Assembly: GCA_963517565.1 (NCBI GenBank)
Contig: CAUQGN010000005.1
Location: 30,436-94,435, forward strand
From: an uncultured Leptotrichia sp.
GTDB lineage: Bacteria > Fusobacteriota > Fusobacteriia > Fusobacteriales > Leptotrichiaceae
DNA: 64,000 nucleotides
Direction: 5' to 3'
Shown: positions 39,130-49,168 of the stretch, one piece after another
Layout of the letters: the number at the start of each line of letters is the position of its first letter
Numbering within the stretch: position 1 is the first letter of the stretch
The notes under the pieces: generated by a model
Told to the model about the DNA's origin: nothing
What the model saw: only the letters and a program-made list of their open reading frames with translations
Databases searched by the model: none
Translations under genes and position numbers: made by a program

Positions 39130-39567
39130 ATGTCAAAAACAGTTGAAAAATTAAATCTTTACTTAGCTAACTTGAACGTACTTTATAGAAAGGTTCAAAA
39201 TTACCACTGGAACATTGTTGGTGCTGGATTCTTTGCTGTTCATGAAAAATTAGAGGAATATTATGATGCAATAAATGAACAAATTGACGATGTTGCAGAA
39301 AGAATTTTGTCAATAGGAGGTCGTCCTTTAGGAACATTAAAAGACTACTTGGAAATTACAACTATTAAGGAAGCTGAAAATAAGGAAATTTCTATTCCAG
39401 AAGCAGTAGCTGATGTGAAAAAAGAATTTGAAGCAATGTTAAAATTAGTGAAGGAAGTAAAAGAAACTGCTGATGAAGAAAATGACTACGGAACATCTGC
39501 ATTAGTTGACGAATATATTAGTACATACGAAAAAAATTTATGGATGTTAAACGCATATTTAAAATAA
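39130..39567 (+). CDS. dps: Dps (DNA-binding ferritin-like protein from starved cells)
   Basis: LNLYLANLNVLYRKVQNYHWNIVG..FF.VHEKLEEYYD is the typical Dps ferroxidase region. ATG 39130 has AAGGAG 8 nt upstream. Confidence 0.9.
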   Translation: MSKTVEKLNLYLANLNVLYRKVQNYHWNIVGAGFFAVHEKLEEYYDAINEQIDDVAERILSIGGRPLGTLKDYLEITTIKEAENKEISIPEAVADVKKEFEAMLKLVKEVKETADEENDYGTSALVDEYISTYEKNLWMLNAYLK

Positions 39568-39718
39568 GATTTTTATGAGAAAATTACCAAACAAAGTCAT
39601 TAAAATTACCTATTATATATTTAGAGAAAGTCTGCAAAAAGATTTTCTCTTTTTTATTTACAAATTATATAAAAAATGTTATAATTAATTATTAATAAAA
39701 AATTAAAAAGGTGGGGTT

Positions 39719-41239
39719 ATGGCAATAAGTTTATTTAGTTGCAGCTATATGGGTGTAGATACTTATGTTGTGGAAGTAGAGGTTGATTTATCCAGAGGGC
39801 TGCCTGTATTTAATATAGTTGGAATGGGGGATCAGGCGATTTCCGAGAGCAAGGAACGGATTAGGAGTTGTTTTAAGAATGTGGGCTTTGAGTTTCCTGT
39901 CAGACGTGTGCTGGTGAATTTGTCGCCTGCAAATATCAGGAAAAAAGGCAGTCATTTTGACTTGAGCATATTTTTAGGCATACTTGCGAATACAGGACAT
40001 ATTTCAAATATAGACATATTAAAAAAATATCTAATTTTAGGAGAAATTTCCTTAAATGGAAAGATAAAATCAATAAATGGAGCAATAAACGCCACAATTT
40101 TAGCAAAAGAAACAGATTTTAAAGGCGTTGTTGTCCCAATGGAAAATTACAATGAAGCAAAACTGATTTCAGGTGTAGAAATTATTCCTGTTGATGAAAT
40201 TACGGAACTGCTGGACTTTTTGGAAGGAAAAACTAACGTGGAAGCATTATGTAAAAAAGCTGTTGAAATGAACACTCCAAAATTGGAAAAAAATGAAAAT
40301 TTAGATGAAACTGTTGATTTTTCAGATGTAAAGGGACAACTGCTCGCAAAAAGGGCTTTAGAAATTGCAGCCGCTGGCGGACACAATGTATTTCTAATAG
40401 GCGATCCTGGTTCAGGCAAGTCAATGCTTGCAAAAAGATTTAATACAATTTTACCTGATATGCCTGAAGAAGAAATAATAGAAACGACAAAAATTTACAG
40501 TATTTCAGGAATGCTGAGCCAAAATGAGCCAATAATACGTAAACGTCCTTTCAGAGCTCCACATTATTCCGCTACACAAGTGGCTCTAGTAGGCGGCGCA
40601 AATAGAGTTGGGGAAATCACGCTGGCATTAAACGGAATATTATTTTTAGATGAAATTGGAGAATTTGAAGGAAAAACATTGGAAACTTTAAGACAGCCTC
40701 TGGAAGATGGAAAAATCGTTATTTCAAGAGCAAACCTAAGTGTAACCTATCCAGTAAAAAATATTACAATAACTGCTTCAAATCCAACTCCAAGCGGATA
40801 TTTCCCTGATAATCCACTATGTAACGACAGTTTGCATGAAATAAAGCGTTATCAGAAAAAGTTTTCAGGACCGCTTCTCGACAGAATGGACTTGTATGTA
40901 GAAATGCACCAGTTGAAAAAAGACGAAATTTTTGACGAAACTTTATCAGAAAAATCAAAAGATATTCAGGCAAGAGTAATAAAAGCCCGTGAAATTCAAA
41001 GAGAACGTTTTAAATCAAATACTTTGAATAAAGATATGAATAAGAAACAACTAAACAAATATTGTAAAATAGACGAAGAAAGCCAAGAAATTATGAAATC
41101 TGCCATTGATAATTTAAAATTGTCAGTCAGAATGTTTGATAAAATCTTGAAAGTATCCAGAACAATAGCAGATTTAGACGGTGAAGAAAACATAAAAAAG
41201 GAACATTTATTGGAGGCACTAAATTATCGCCGAAAATAA
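39719..41239 (+). CDS. comM: YifB/ComM family Mg-chelatase-like AAA+ ATPase
   Basis: N-terminal Lon-protease-like ChlI domain and Walker A GDPGSGKSMLAKR. Length 506 aa. Confidence 0.9.
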   Translation: MAISLFSCSYMGVDTYVVEVEVDLSRGLPVFNIVGMGDQAISESKERIRSCFKNVGFEFPVRRVLVNLSPANIRKKGSHFDLSIFLGILANTGHISNIDILKKYLILGEISLNGKIKSINGAINATILAKETDFKGVVVPMENYNEAKLISGVEIIPVDEITELLDFLEGKTNVEALCKKAVEMNTPKLEKNENLDETVDFSDVKGQLLAKRALEIAAAGGHNVFLIGDPGSGKSMLAKRFNTILPDMPEEEIIETTKIYSISGMLSQNEPIIRKRPFRAPHYSATQVALVGGANRVGEITLALNGILFLDEIGEFEGKTLETLRQPLEDGKIVISRANLSVTYPVKNITITASNPTPSGYFPDNPLCNDSLHEIKRYQKKFSGPLLDRMDLYVEMHQLKKDEIFDETLSEKSKDIQARVIKAREIQRERFKSNTLNKDMNKKQLNKYCKIDEESQEIMKSAIDNLKLSVRMFDKILKVSRTIADLDGEENIKKEHLLEALNYRRK

Positions 41240-41306
41240 ATAGCACTAAACTTATTAAAAAAATTCTTTTTTTAATAACAAGCAGTTTTAATACTTGTAA
41301 AATAGC

Positions 41307-41410
41307 ATAGTAAAACTAGTTTAAAACAGAACTCAAAAATTATGACTATTTTACTCAAACCCTAAATTATATAATTTCTAGCAGTTCAATTTTAAATGGG
41401 TTCGAGTATA
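41307..41410 (+). repeat. 104-bp dispersed repeat, copy B2
   Basis: See 20275-20378. There are 4 mismatches in 104 nt, and the repeat contains the internal 10-bp palindrome AAACTAGTTT. Confidence 0.9.
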
Positions 41411-41580
41411 AAATCAGAAAATTTATGAAATTAAATTTATTTTGTATAAAATTACAAAAGTTTTTTAAGATAGATACTTAAAAATTAAATTTGATTTTTT
41501 TACAATTTAGGAAAATAAAAAATGTGTAGCTATTCAAATAAAACTGAGTAATTACACATTTTTATATATTCTTTAATTTA

Positions 41581-42171
41581 TTATTTTTTTTCGTTAATCC
41601 GCTCTTCTATAAAATCAAGCAATTCTTTTCTTCCAGTATTTTTTAATGAAGAATAAAAAAATACATCTTCATTTTTAAATACAAGTTTTTTCTTAATCTC
41701 CTTTAACTGCTTAAATTTTTCGTTATTTGACAATTTATCAGCCTTTGTAAAGATTATATAATATTCAATTTGAAAATGTTCCAACCATTTTAACATTTCC
41801 ATATCCTCATTTGACGGAACTCTACGCAAATCAAGCAATAAAAATACTACTTTTTCACGTTTTGACACAAGATAGCTTTCTATCGTTTTTCCCCAATTCC
41901 TTTTCACAGCCTCAGGCACTTTAGCAAACCCATATCCTGGCAAATCTACAAAATGAATCTTATTATTTATCAAAAAATAATTGATTAACTGAGTTCTTCC
42001 TGGTGTTTTACTTGTTCTTGCCAGATTTTTTCTTTTTGTGAGTGAATTTATAAGTGAAGATTTCCCGACATTTGATCTTCCGATAAAAGAAAATTCCACA
42101 GTATTATTAAATTCTGGATAATCTTTTTCCACAACTGCTGATTTCACAAACTCTGACTTGTTTATTTCCAT
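41581..42171 (-). CDS. engB: Ribosome biogenesis GTPase EngB/YsxC
   Basis: G1 GRSNVGKSSLIN, G3 DLPGYG, G4 TKADK. Confidence 0.93.
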   Translation of the reverse strand: MEINKSEFVKSAVVEKDYPEFNNTVEFSFIGRSNVGKSSLINSLTKRKNLARTSKTPGRTQLINYFLINNKIHFVDLPGYGFAKVPEAVKRNWGKTIESYLVSKREKVVFLLLDLRRVPSNEDMEMLKWLEHFQIEYYIIFTKADKLSNNEKFKQLKEIKKKLVFKNEDVFFYSSLKNTGRKELLDFIEERINEKK

Positions 42172-42197
42172 ATTTCACCTATTCTTTCTTAAATTTT

Positions 42198-42995
42198 CTA
42201 ATTTTTAAACTCATCCTTCGCATTTTCCAATGAAGTTTCTTCTGGAATAAAATACCAAACTCCATTAATCATTCTTCCATCTCCATTAATTTCATACTGC
42301 TCAATTTTTTTATTTAGCAGAAATGCTGGAAATACTGACAATCCTCTAATTGGATTTACTGCAATATCCATCTTTTCTTTTGCGTATCCGTAAACTTCTG
42401 GAATATATTTCCAGCCAGATGGTGCAGCTATTTTTTTGGCAATTCCTTGAATAACTTGTCTTTGACGCTCTTCTCGCTTGGTAGTTGTGTCACTTTTTCT
42501 ATGTCTTGTATAGGCAAGTGCCATTCTCCCTCTCAAATTATAGACTTCTCCTTGATTAAAGTGAAATACTTCCTGACCAAAATAGTCCTGATTAAAGGTA
42601 TGATTTGAAACAACATCCACTCCATCAATTAAATTTGTCAAGTTCATAACATCTTCAAATCTAAACCTTACATGATAATTAATTTTTGTATCAAGAAAGT
42701 TTTCTACAGCGTCAATAGTACATTGCACGCCTCCAAAATGATGCGAATGCGTAATTTTATCCTGCTTATAATTTTCACAAGGAATTTCAGCGTACGTATC
42801 ACGTGGAATCGAAATCATTTTTATCTGTGCCAAATAAGGAACAACCCTTATAACAACCAGACCATCGCTTCGAGAACCTTCTGTTGGCTGATTAGCATAC
42901 GCATCTACTCCTATTATAAGAATGTTAAATGGCACAGAAAGCCACCCTATAAGTACTACTAAAAATATTCCCAGTATTATAAATATTTTTTTCAT
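42198..42995 (-). CDS. LytR-CpsA-Psr (LCP) family protein
   Basis: N-terminal TM, then ILIIGVD....RSDGLVVIRV...ISIPRDTY. This is a typical LCP core. Confidence 0.85.
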   Translation of the reverse strand: MKKIFIILGIFLVVLIGWLSVPFNILIIGVDAYANQPTEGSRSDGLVVIRVVPYLAQIKMISIPRDTYAEIPCENYKQDKITHSHHFGGVQCTIDAVENFLDTKINYHVRFRFEDVMNLTNLIDGVDVVSNHTFNQDYFGQEVFHFNQGEVYNLRGRMALAYTRHRKSDTTTKREERQRQVIQGIAKKIAAPSGWKYIPEVYGYAKEKMDIAVNPIRGLSVFPAFLLNKKIEQYEINGDGRMINGVWYFIPEETSLENAKDEFKN

Positions 42996-43141
42996 TTTTT
43001 CACCTCTTAATTTTTACATTATTTATACTTTTACAACTTTTTGAATAATATATTTAAAATAAATTTATTTAATACTAAACCCCATTTAAAAATGAGAACA
43101 AATTTTTATAATAGGGTTTTTCAACAATTAATTCATAATCA

Positions 43142-43759
43142 TTAAATTTTTTCTACTTTATTTTCAAATTCTATTTTTTTCAAAAACTCATCAACTTTTT
43201 TTTCTAAATCCTGAATATTTCCGTCATTTTCAATAACATAATCACTTCGTTTCTTCTTTTCATCCAAAGACATCTGTGAATTTATAATATTTAAAGCCTC
43301 TTCTTCACTACGTCTGTCCCTGTCTAAAATACGTTGCACCTGTGTACTTTTTTCTGCACTTACTAGCAAAATATAATCAAATTCCTTTTCCCATTCGACT
43401 TCAAAGAGAAGCTGAATTTCCACAAAAACTATCTTACTTTCTTTTTTATATTCTAAAATTTTTTCCCGCATAGCACGTAAAATTTCTGGATGCATAATGG
43501 AGTTTAAAATAAGCCTTTTTTGCTTATTTCCAAAAATAATTTTCCCTAACTTTTCACGTGAAATATTGTATTTTCCAAAATCATCACTTTCTAAAATTTC
43601 TTTTCCAAAGTTTTCCACAATTTTTTCTACAACTTTTGGGAATTTAATAACTTCATGAGAAATTGTATCCAAATCAATTACTGGAAAATTTTTTTCTCTT
43701 AAAATTTGGCTGACTGTACTTTTCCCTGTTCCAATTCCACCTGTAAGCCCAATAACCAC
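43142..43759 (-). CDS. coaE: Dephospho-CoA kinase
   Basis: VIGLTGGIGTGKST P-loop at the N-terminus. About 200 aa. GTG start. Confidence 0.9.
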   Translation of the reverse strand: MVIGLTGGIGTGKSTVSQILREKNFPVIDLDTISHEVIKFPKVVEKIVENFGKEILESDDFGKYNISREKLGKIIFGNKQKRLILNSIMHPEILRAMREKILEYKKESKIVFVEIQLLFEVEWEKEFDYILLVSAEKSTQVQRILDRDRRSEEEALNIINSQMSLDEKKKRSDYVIENDGNIQDLEKKVDEFLKKIEFENKVEKI

Positions 43760-44113
43760 TTTACTTAATTTTTCCTTTCCATAAAATACACTTCAAAATC
43801 CCTAACTTTATTTCAATTTGCAGAAGTGTGGATATATTTTATAACTTTTTTCATTTATTTGCAACAATTTTTATTTTTCAAATTTAGATACATCTATTGT
43901 TAAATCAAGTTTTTAGACAATTTTATAAATAAACAAAATAACTTTTTTACATAATATAATAAAATTTTAAACAAAAATATGATATAATAAAAACAAGACT
44001 AAAAAAGAAAAAATTGAAAAAATACTTATAATATGGTAAAATTATATGTATGATTTTATAATAAATTTAGCGATTAAAAATTTGATTTATAAAATAAAAG
44101 ACAAGGAGGGAAT

Positions 44114-44518
44114 ATGGAACTTAAAGATATTCAGGAATTGATGAAAGTTCTAAAGAAAGAAGGTATAGCAGAACTAAAAGTAAGATATGGAAAAGTAAAA
44201 CTTACATTAACAAATTCTGAAAACACAAATAATGCGAACAATGTAGCATCTGTAACTGAAAAAATAGAAAAAGAAACTCCTAAAGCTGCATTACCAGCAG
44301 AAGAAATTGTCAAGTCAAGCAATGTAGGAAGAATAAAGCTGGTAAGTTCAAAACCTGGAACTCTGGTAAAAAAAGGACAAGTCCTTGCAAAAATAAATAC
44401 AATAGGAATTGATAATGATGTAAAATCCACTGTAAATGGTATTTTGAAAGAAGTGCTAGTAGCAGATGGTTCACCAGTTGACTTTGCAAAAGAACTATTT
44501 AAAATTGAAATTAATTAA
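44114..44518 (+). CDS. accB: Biotin carboxyl carrier protein (AccB) homolog lacking the biotinyl-lysine motif
   Basis: N-terminal AccB-type helix (MELKDIQELMKVLKKEGIAELKV), a linker, and a C-terminal biotinyl-domain fold that aligns without gaps to E. coli BCCP. The EAMKM hairpin is replaced by NTIGI (44396-44410). It lies directly upstream of accC. Confidence 0.75.
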   Translation: MELKDIQELMKVLKKEGIAELKVRYGKVKLTLTNSENTNNANNVASVTEKIEKETPKAALPAEEIVKSSNVGRIKLVSSKPGTLVKKGQVLAKINTIGIDNDVKSTVNGILKEVLVADGSPVDFAKELFKIEIN

Positions 44519-44564
44519 AAATTATTTTTATGGAACAGAAATCTTTTAGGAGGATAGAATATTA

Positions 44565-45920
44565 ATGTTTAAAAAAATATTAATAGCAAACAGAGGAGAA
44601 ATTGCTGTCAGAATAATTAGGGCAGCAAGAGAATTAGGAGTGGCAACTGTTGCAGTTTATTCAGAAGCTGATAAGGATTCGCTTCATGTGAAACTTGCTG
44701 ATGAAGCTGTCTGTATTGGAACTGCCAGTAGTGCAGACTCATATCTAAAAATACCAAACATTATTTCAGCGGCGCAAATTACAGGAAGTGAGGCAATTCA
44801 TCCAGGATATGGATTTTTAGCAGAAAATCAAAGATTTGCTGAAATATGCGATAAAAATGATATCGTATTCATTGGTCCAAAACCTGAATTAATTAGTATG
44901 ATGGGAGATAAAGCAACAGCAAGGGAAACTGCCATCAAGCATAAAGTCCCAATAACAAAAGGATCAGACGGGATTGTTCCAACTGTAGAAGAAGCAAAAA
45001 AAGTTGCAGAATGGATAACTTATCCTGTTATGATTAAAGCAACGGCAGGTGGTGGCGGAAAAGGAATGAGAATCGCCCACAACCAAAAAGAACTTGTAGA
45101 AAATTTTACTGCTGCTCAAAACGAGGCAAAAGCATCTTTTGGAAATCCAGATGTTTATATTGAAAAATATGTTGAAGAGCCAAGACACGTAGAGATACAG
45201 GTTGTAGGAGACAAATTTGGAAATGTTGTCCATCTTGGAGAAAGAGACTGCTCTATCCAAAGAAGACATCAAAAATTAATAGAAGAATCTCCATCAGCAG
45301 GAATTGATTCAAAAACACGTGAAAAAATGGGAAAATTTGCTGCAAAACTTACAAAAGGAATTGGTTACGACAGCGTTGGAACACTAGAATTTCTTGTTGA
45401 TAAAAATATGAATTTCTATTTTATGGAAATGAATACAAGAATTCAGGTAGAACATACAGTAAGTGAAGAAATTACTGGTGTTGACTTAATAAAAGAGCAA
45501 ATAAGAGTGGCAGCAGGAGAAAAACTAAGTATTTCTCAAAAAGATATAAATATTGACGGGCACGTAATAGAATGCCGAATAAATGCTGAAGATTCTGAAA
45601 ATGGCTTTCTGCCGTCTTCGGGAGTTTTGGAAACATACATTCCATCAGGTGGAATTGGAGTAAGAGTCGATTCCCACTCTTATCAAAACTATGAAATTCC
45701 ACCTTACTACGATTCAATGATAGCAAAACTTATTGTAAAAGGAAAAAATAGAGAAGAAGCTATTGCAAGAATGAAACGTGCCTTAAAGGAATTTATTATA
45801 GAAGGTATTGACACAACTATACCATTTCATTTAAAAGTTCTTGATAATCAGGAATTTAAGAATGGAACTATTTATACAAACTTTATTGAAACACACTTTA
45901 AGGATGCACTTGGCAAATAA
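44565..45920 (+). CDS. accC: Biotin carboxylase
   Basis: MFKKILIANRGEIAVRIIRA..., ATP-grasp GGGGKGMR, and EMNTRIQVEH. Confidence 0.97.
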   Translation: MFKKILIANRGEIAVRIIRAARELGVATVAVYSEADKDSLHVKLADEAVCIGTASSADSYLKIPNIISAAQITGSEAIHPGYGFLAENQRFAEICDKNDIVFIGPKPELISMMGDKATARETAIKHKVPITKGSDGIVPTVEEAKKVAEWITYPVMIKATAGGGGKGMRIAHNQKELVENFTAAQNEAKASFGNPDVYIEKYVEEPRHVEIQVVGDKFGNVVHLGERDCSIQRRHQKLIEESPSAGIDSKTREKMGKFAAKLTKGIGYDSVGTLEFLVDKNMNFYFMEMNTRIQVEHTVSEEITGVDLIKEQIRVAAGEKLSISQKDINIDGHVIECRINAEDSENGFLPSSGVLETYIPSGGIGVRVDSHSYQNYEIPPYYDSMIAKLIVKGKNREEAIARMKRALKEFIIEGIDTTIPFHLKVLDNQEFKNGTIYTNFIETHFKDALGK

Positions 45921-46027
45921 TTAATAAAAAACTAAAAAATCATTTTAAAAATCAATAAAGAATCAGATTATTAATCAAATAATTTGATTGCTATTTGATA
46001 AAAAATAAAAAATAGGAGGAACTAAAA

Positions 46028-46423
46028 ATGAATGAATTAGGAAATGTAAATATATCTCAGGAAGTGGTAGCAACAATCGCAGAGTCAGTAGTATCGGAAA
46101 TTGAAGGAGTACACAGCCTTGTTGGTGGAACTTCTAAAAATGAAATTGTTAAATTTTTCCAAAATGTGTCTTCTGGCGGAAAGGGTATTGAAGTAGAAGT
46201 TGGAGAAACTGAATGCACATTGGATTTGTATATTGTTGCAAAAATGGGATTTAAATTACCTGCGTTAGCTGGAGAAATCCAAACAAAGGTAGTAAAAGCA
46301 ATTACTGAAATGACAGGATTAAAAGTTCAGGAAGTAAATGTATATATTCAAAAAATTATAAAAGAAGACAAAAAAGAAGTTGTGCAAGCTCCTGTAACAG
46401 AAACAGCAGAAATTGAAGAATAA
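46028..46423 (+). CDS. Asp23/Gls24 family envelope stress protein
   Basis: ISQEVVATIAESVVSEIEGVHSL... is typical of Asp23 (the B. subtilis yqhY position downstream of accC). Confidence 0.85.
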   Translation: MNELGNVNISQEVVATIAESVVSEIEGVHSLVGGTSKNEIVKFFQNVSSGGKGIEVEVGETECTLDLYIVAKMGFKLPALAGEIQTKVVKAITEMTGLKVQEVNVYIQKIIKEDKKEVVQAPVTETAEIEE

Positions 46424-46558
46424 AAATCATAATAAATTCAGATAATTTTATTTACAAGCAATATTTGAGTAAATTCACTCAATTAGGAAAGGAGAAACTG
46501 ACAAATACGTACCTTAATCTTAAAATGAAAATACGGTATATTTTGTCAGTATATATTA

Positions 46559-47209
46559 ATGATTGCAATATTAGGATTTTTAGCGAGATTGTCTGTAATA
46601 CTTGGATTGGTTGGTATTGTATTTTCAAGTATATCAGATATTCTGTTTAGGACTGATTATTTAGGACAACTAGATAGTTTTATTGATTTAGGCAGTTTAA
46701 ACTTTAAAATTTTAGTTGGTCTTTTATCAATAATTTATTTAGTTATATTTTTGCTTTCTTATATTAATAAACTTACAAAATATTCTCAAAATAGAAAAGT
46801 AAAAAATAAAAATGGAGAAATTGAAGTTTCCATAAAAACAATCAACGAGACATCAAAAGATTTTCTAAGTGGACAAGAAATTATAAAAAATTCAAAAGTA
46901 AAGTCATATCCAAAAGGGAAAGCAGTTGTTATTGAAGCTACTGTAGATACTTATAATGTTGACAACTTAAATGAAAAATTGTCAGAAATTCAAGTTAAAC
47001 TATCTGATTATGTTTTCCAGTCAACTGGGATTACTGTAAAAAAAAGTAAGGTAAAATTGAAAAAAGTTTTAGGAGAAACAATTGTTGAAAAAAAGATTAT
47101 TGATTCTCCATCTCTTGAAAAAGAAAATAGCAATAGTAACGTAAAACCAAAACTGGAAAACCAAGTTAATGCAGAAATAAAATCTTCCCAATCTGGAAAG
47201 GAAAATTAA
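46559..47209 (+). CDS. Asp23-associated membrane anchor protein (AmaP-like)
   Basis: Two N-terminal TM segments plus a C-terminal Asp23-like region. It follows asp23 and overlaps nusB by 1 nt (TAATG). Confidence 0.6.
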   Translation: MIAILGFLARLSVILGLVGIVFSSISDILFRTDYLGQLDSFIDLGSLNFKILVGLLSIIYLVIFLLSYINKLTKYSQNRKVKNKNGEIEVSIKTINETSKDFLSGQEIIKNSKVKSYPKGKAVVIEATVDTYNVDNLNEKLSEIQVKLSDYVFQSTGITVKKSKVKLKKVLGETIVEKKIIDSPSLEKENSNSNVKPKLENQVNAEIKSSQSGKEN

Positions 47210-47625
47210 TGACACGAAGAGAAATTAGAGAAGAGATATTTAAGCTGCTTTTTGAATATGAACTAATTAATAATAATATTGAAAAAAGAATAAATGATAT
47301 AATTAATGAAGAGAACTTAAAAAAAGATGAGGAAATTGATTTTTTAAAAAGTTATGTTACTGAAATAATTGAAAATGAGAGTATTTTGATTGAAAAAATA
47401 AAGGATGTGTTAGAAGGCTGGACGTATGAGCGTTTAGGAACAATTGAAAAAGTTTTATTGAAAATATCATTTTATGAAATTACGATAAAAAATATTGGAT
47501 ATGAAATTGCAATTAATGAAGTTCTAGAGATTTCTAAAAAATATTCCTATAGCGATACAAAGGACTTTTTAAACGGAATTCTTGCAAAATTAATAAAAAA
47601 TATTAAAGAAGAAAAGTATAAATAA
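47209..47625 (+). CDS. nusB: Transcription antitermination factor NusB
   Basis: MTRREIREEIFKLLFEYE... with size and synteny as in Firmicutes (accBC-yqhY-nusB). Confidence 0.9.
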   Translation: MTRREIREEIFKLLFEYELINNNIEKRINDIINEENLKKDEEIDFLKSYVTEIIENESILIEKIKDVLEGWTYERLGTIEKVLLKISFYEITIKNIGYEIAINEVLEISKKYSYSDTKDFLNGILAKLIKNIKEEKYK

Positions 47626-47777
47626 ATGGAAGAATAAATTAAAAGAAACAAATAATGAACTAACTATAAAAGACTTCTGTATTCTAAATATGGAAGTTTT
47701 TTAAATATACTTTTCTCCTCTAATGTTAATCTAGTTAGATTAGATGAATTTGAAATATAGATTAATAATTATAATTT

Positions 47778-47814
47778 TTGAGTTTTTCCAAGGCAGTTTA
47801 TTATAATGAAACTG
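47778..47814 (+). promoter_or_regulatory. Probable nadR-like gene promoter bracketed by an inverted repeat
   Basis: TTGAGT (47778-47783), 18 nt, TATAAT (47802-47807). CAGTTT (47794-47799) and AAACTG (47809-47814) flank the -10. Confidence 0.4.
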
Positions 47815-47868
47815 TATCATAAATTTTTTATTTAAAAAATATATATTTAGAAAAGGAAATATAAAATA

Positions 47869-48981
47869 ATGAAAAGAATAGGAATAATAACTGGAAAATT
47901 TTTTCCACTTCACATTGGACACGTAAATTTTATTCAAAGAGCTAGCGGTATTGTAGACAGATTATATGTGGTCATTTCGTATTCTGATAATACAGATGAT
48001 CTTTTAACTTCTAATTCACGTTTTGTGAAGGAAATCACACCAAAAGACAGGTTACGTTTTGTAAAACAGACATTTAAAAATCAGCCTAATATTTCATCAT
48101 TTCTCCTAGATGAAAATCACTTTTCTCAGCAAGGTGATAACTGGGAAGAATGGGCACAGACCTTAAAAAGTGAAATTGAAAAAAGAGAAAAACTGGAAAA
48201 TGAAAAAGCAATAGATTGGAAAAGTGACGTAATATTTATTAGCAACCGTAATGAAGACAAGGAGTATAATTTAAAACATTTTGGCTCAGAAACTAGATCT
48301 ATTGATAAAAATTATATTGAGTACAATGTAAATTCGAAGCAAATACGTGAAAATCCTAGTAAATACTGGGACTACTTGCCACGTGAAGTGAGAGAGCATC
48401 TAATACCTATTATTACAATCTGTGGTGGAGAAAGTAGTGGAAAAAGTGTTATGATAGACAAACTTGCAAATGTTTTCAATACAACTTCTGCTTGGGAATA
48501 TGGACGTGAATACGTTTTTGAAAAATTAGGTGGAGATGAAGAATCATTGCAATATTCTGACTACGAAAAAATAGTTTTTGGACATCAGTCGAATGTCTTA
48601 TATGCTGCTAGAAATGCTAATAAATTTGCATTAATTGATACAGATTACATCGCTACCCTTGCTTTTTGTTTAACTTATGAAAAGCGTGATAATCCGATAG
48701 TTCGTGAATTTGTTCAAAATTATCGTTTTGATTTAACAATTTTGCTTGAAAATAATGTAAAATGGGTAAATGATGGACTTCGTTCAATTGGAGACAACGA
48801 CAGACGTGAAAAATTTCAGAATTTATTAAAGCAATTATACAAAGAATATGATATTCCATATATTACAGTAAAATCTGATAGTTATGAAAAAAGATACCTC
48901 ACATGTAAACATATTATAAAAGCTTATCTGGATGGTGCTGACAATTTAAAACTTCAGGAGATAGCAGATACTTTCATATAA
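47869..48981 (+). CDS. nadR: NadR-type bifunctional NMN adenylyltransferase / ribosylnicotinamide kinase (no N-terminal HTH)
   Basis: GKFFPLHIGHVNFI (the HxGH nucleotidyltransferase motif) right at the N-terminus. A second-half P-loop CGGESSGKS marks the kinase domain. Confidence 0.8.
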   Translation: MKRIGIITGKFFPLHIGHVNFIQRASGIVDRLYVVISYSDNTDDLLTSNSRFVKEITPKDRLRFVKQTFKNQPNISSFLLDENHFSQQGDNWEEWAQTLKSEIEKREKLENEKAIDWKSDVIFISNRNEDKEYNLKHFGSETRSIDKNYIEYNVNSKQIRENPSKYWDYLPREVREHLIPIITICGGESSGKSVMIDKLANVFNTTSAWEYGREYVFEKLGGDEESLQYSDYEKIVFGHQSNVLYAARNANKFALIDTDYIATLAFCLTYEKRDNPIVREFVQNYRFDLTILLENNVKWVNDGLRSIGDNDRREKFQNLLKQLYKEYDIPYITVKSDSYEKRYLTCKHIIKAYLDGADNLKLQEIADTFI

Positions 48982-48990
48982 AATAAAAAA

Positions 48991-49038
48991 ACCTATTTAC
49001 TAAACATAAAAACCTTTAGTAAGATAGGTTATTTTTTA
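48991..49038 (+). terminator. Intrinsic terminator after nadR (probably bidirectional with ferritin)
   Basis: ACCTATTTACTA ... TAGTAAGATAGGT (one bulge) followed by a T-run. Confidence 0.7.
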
Positions 49039-49168
49039 TATTAAATTTTTTGTCTTTTTTTTGAAAAAACAGCTAAATACTTTTATTGTGCCCTCCTTAA
49101 ATCGTGCATACTTAGCCATTTTTGAAAAACCACTTTATTCTATATAATTACAAAATTATATATTTAAT

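Noticed and set aside
20275-41410. The 21-kb segment bounded by the inverted 104-bp repeats (one next to a tRNA, one next to comM), considered as a genomic island or prophage.
   Set aside because: The interior is housekeeping (queA, prfA, prmC, ybeY, pgpH, the DinG-like gene, dps, comM). There is no integrase, transposase or phage gene. The repeats are inverted rather than direct, as att sites would be.
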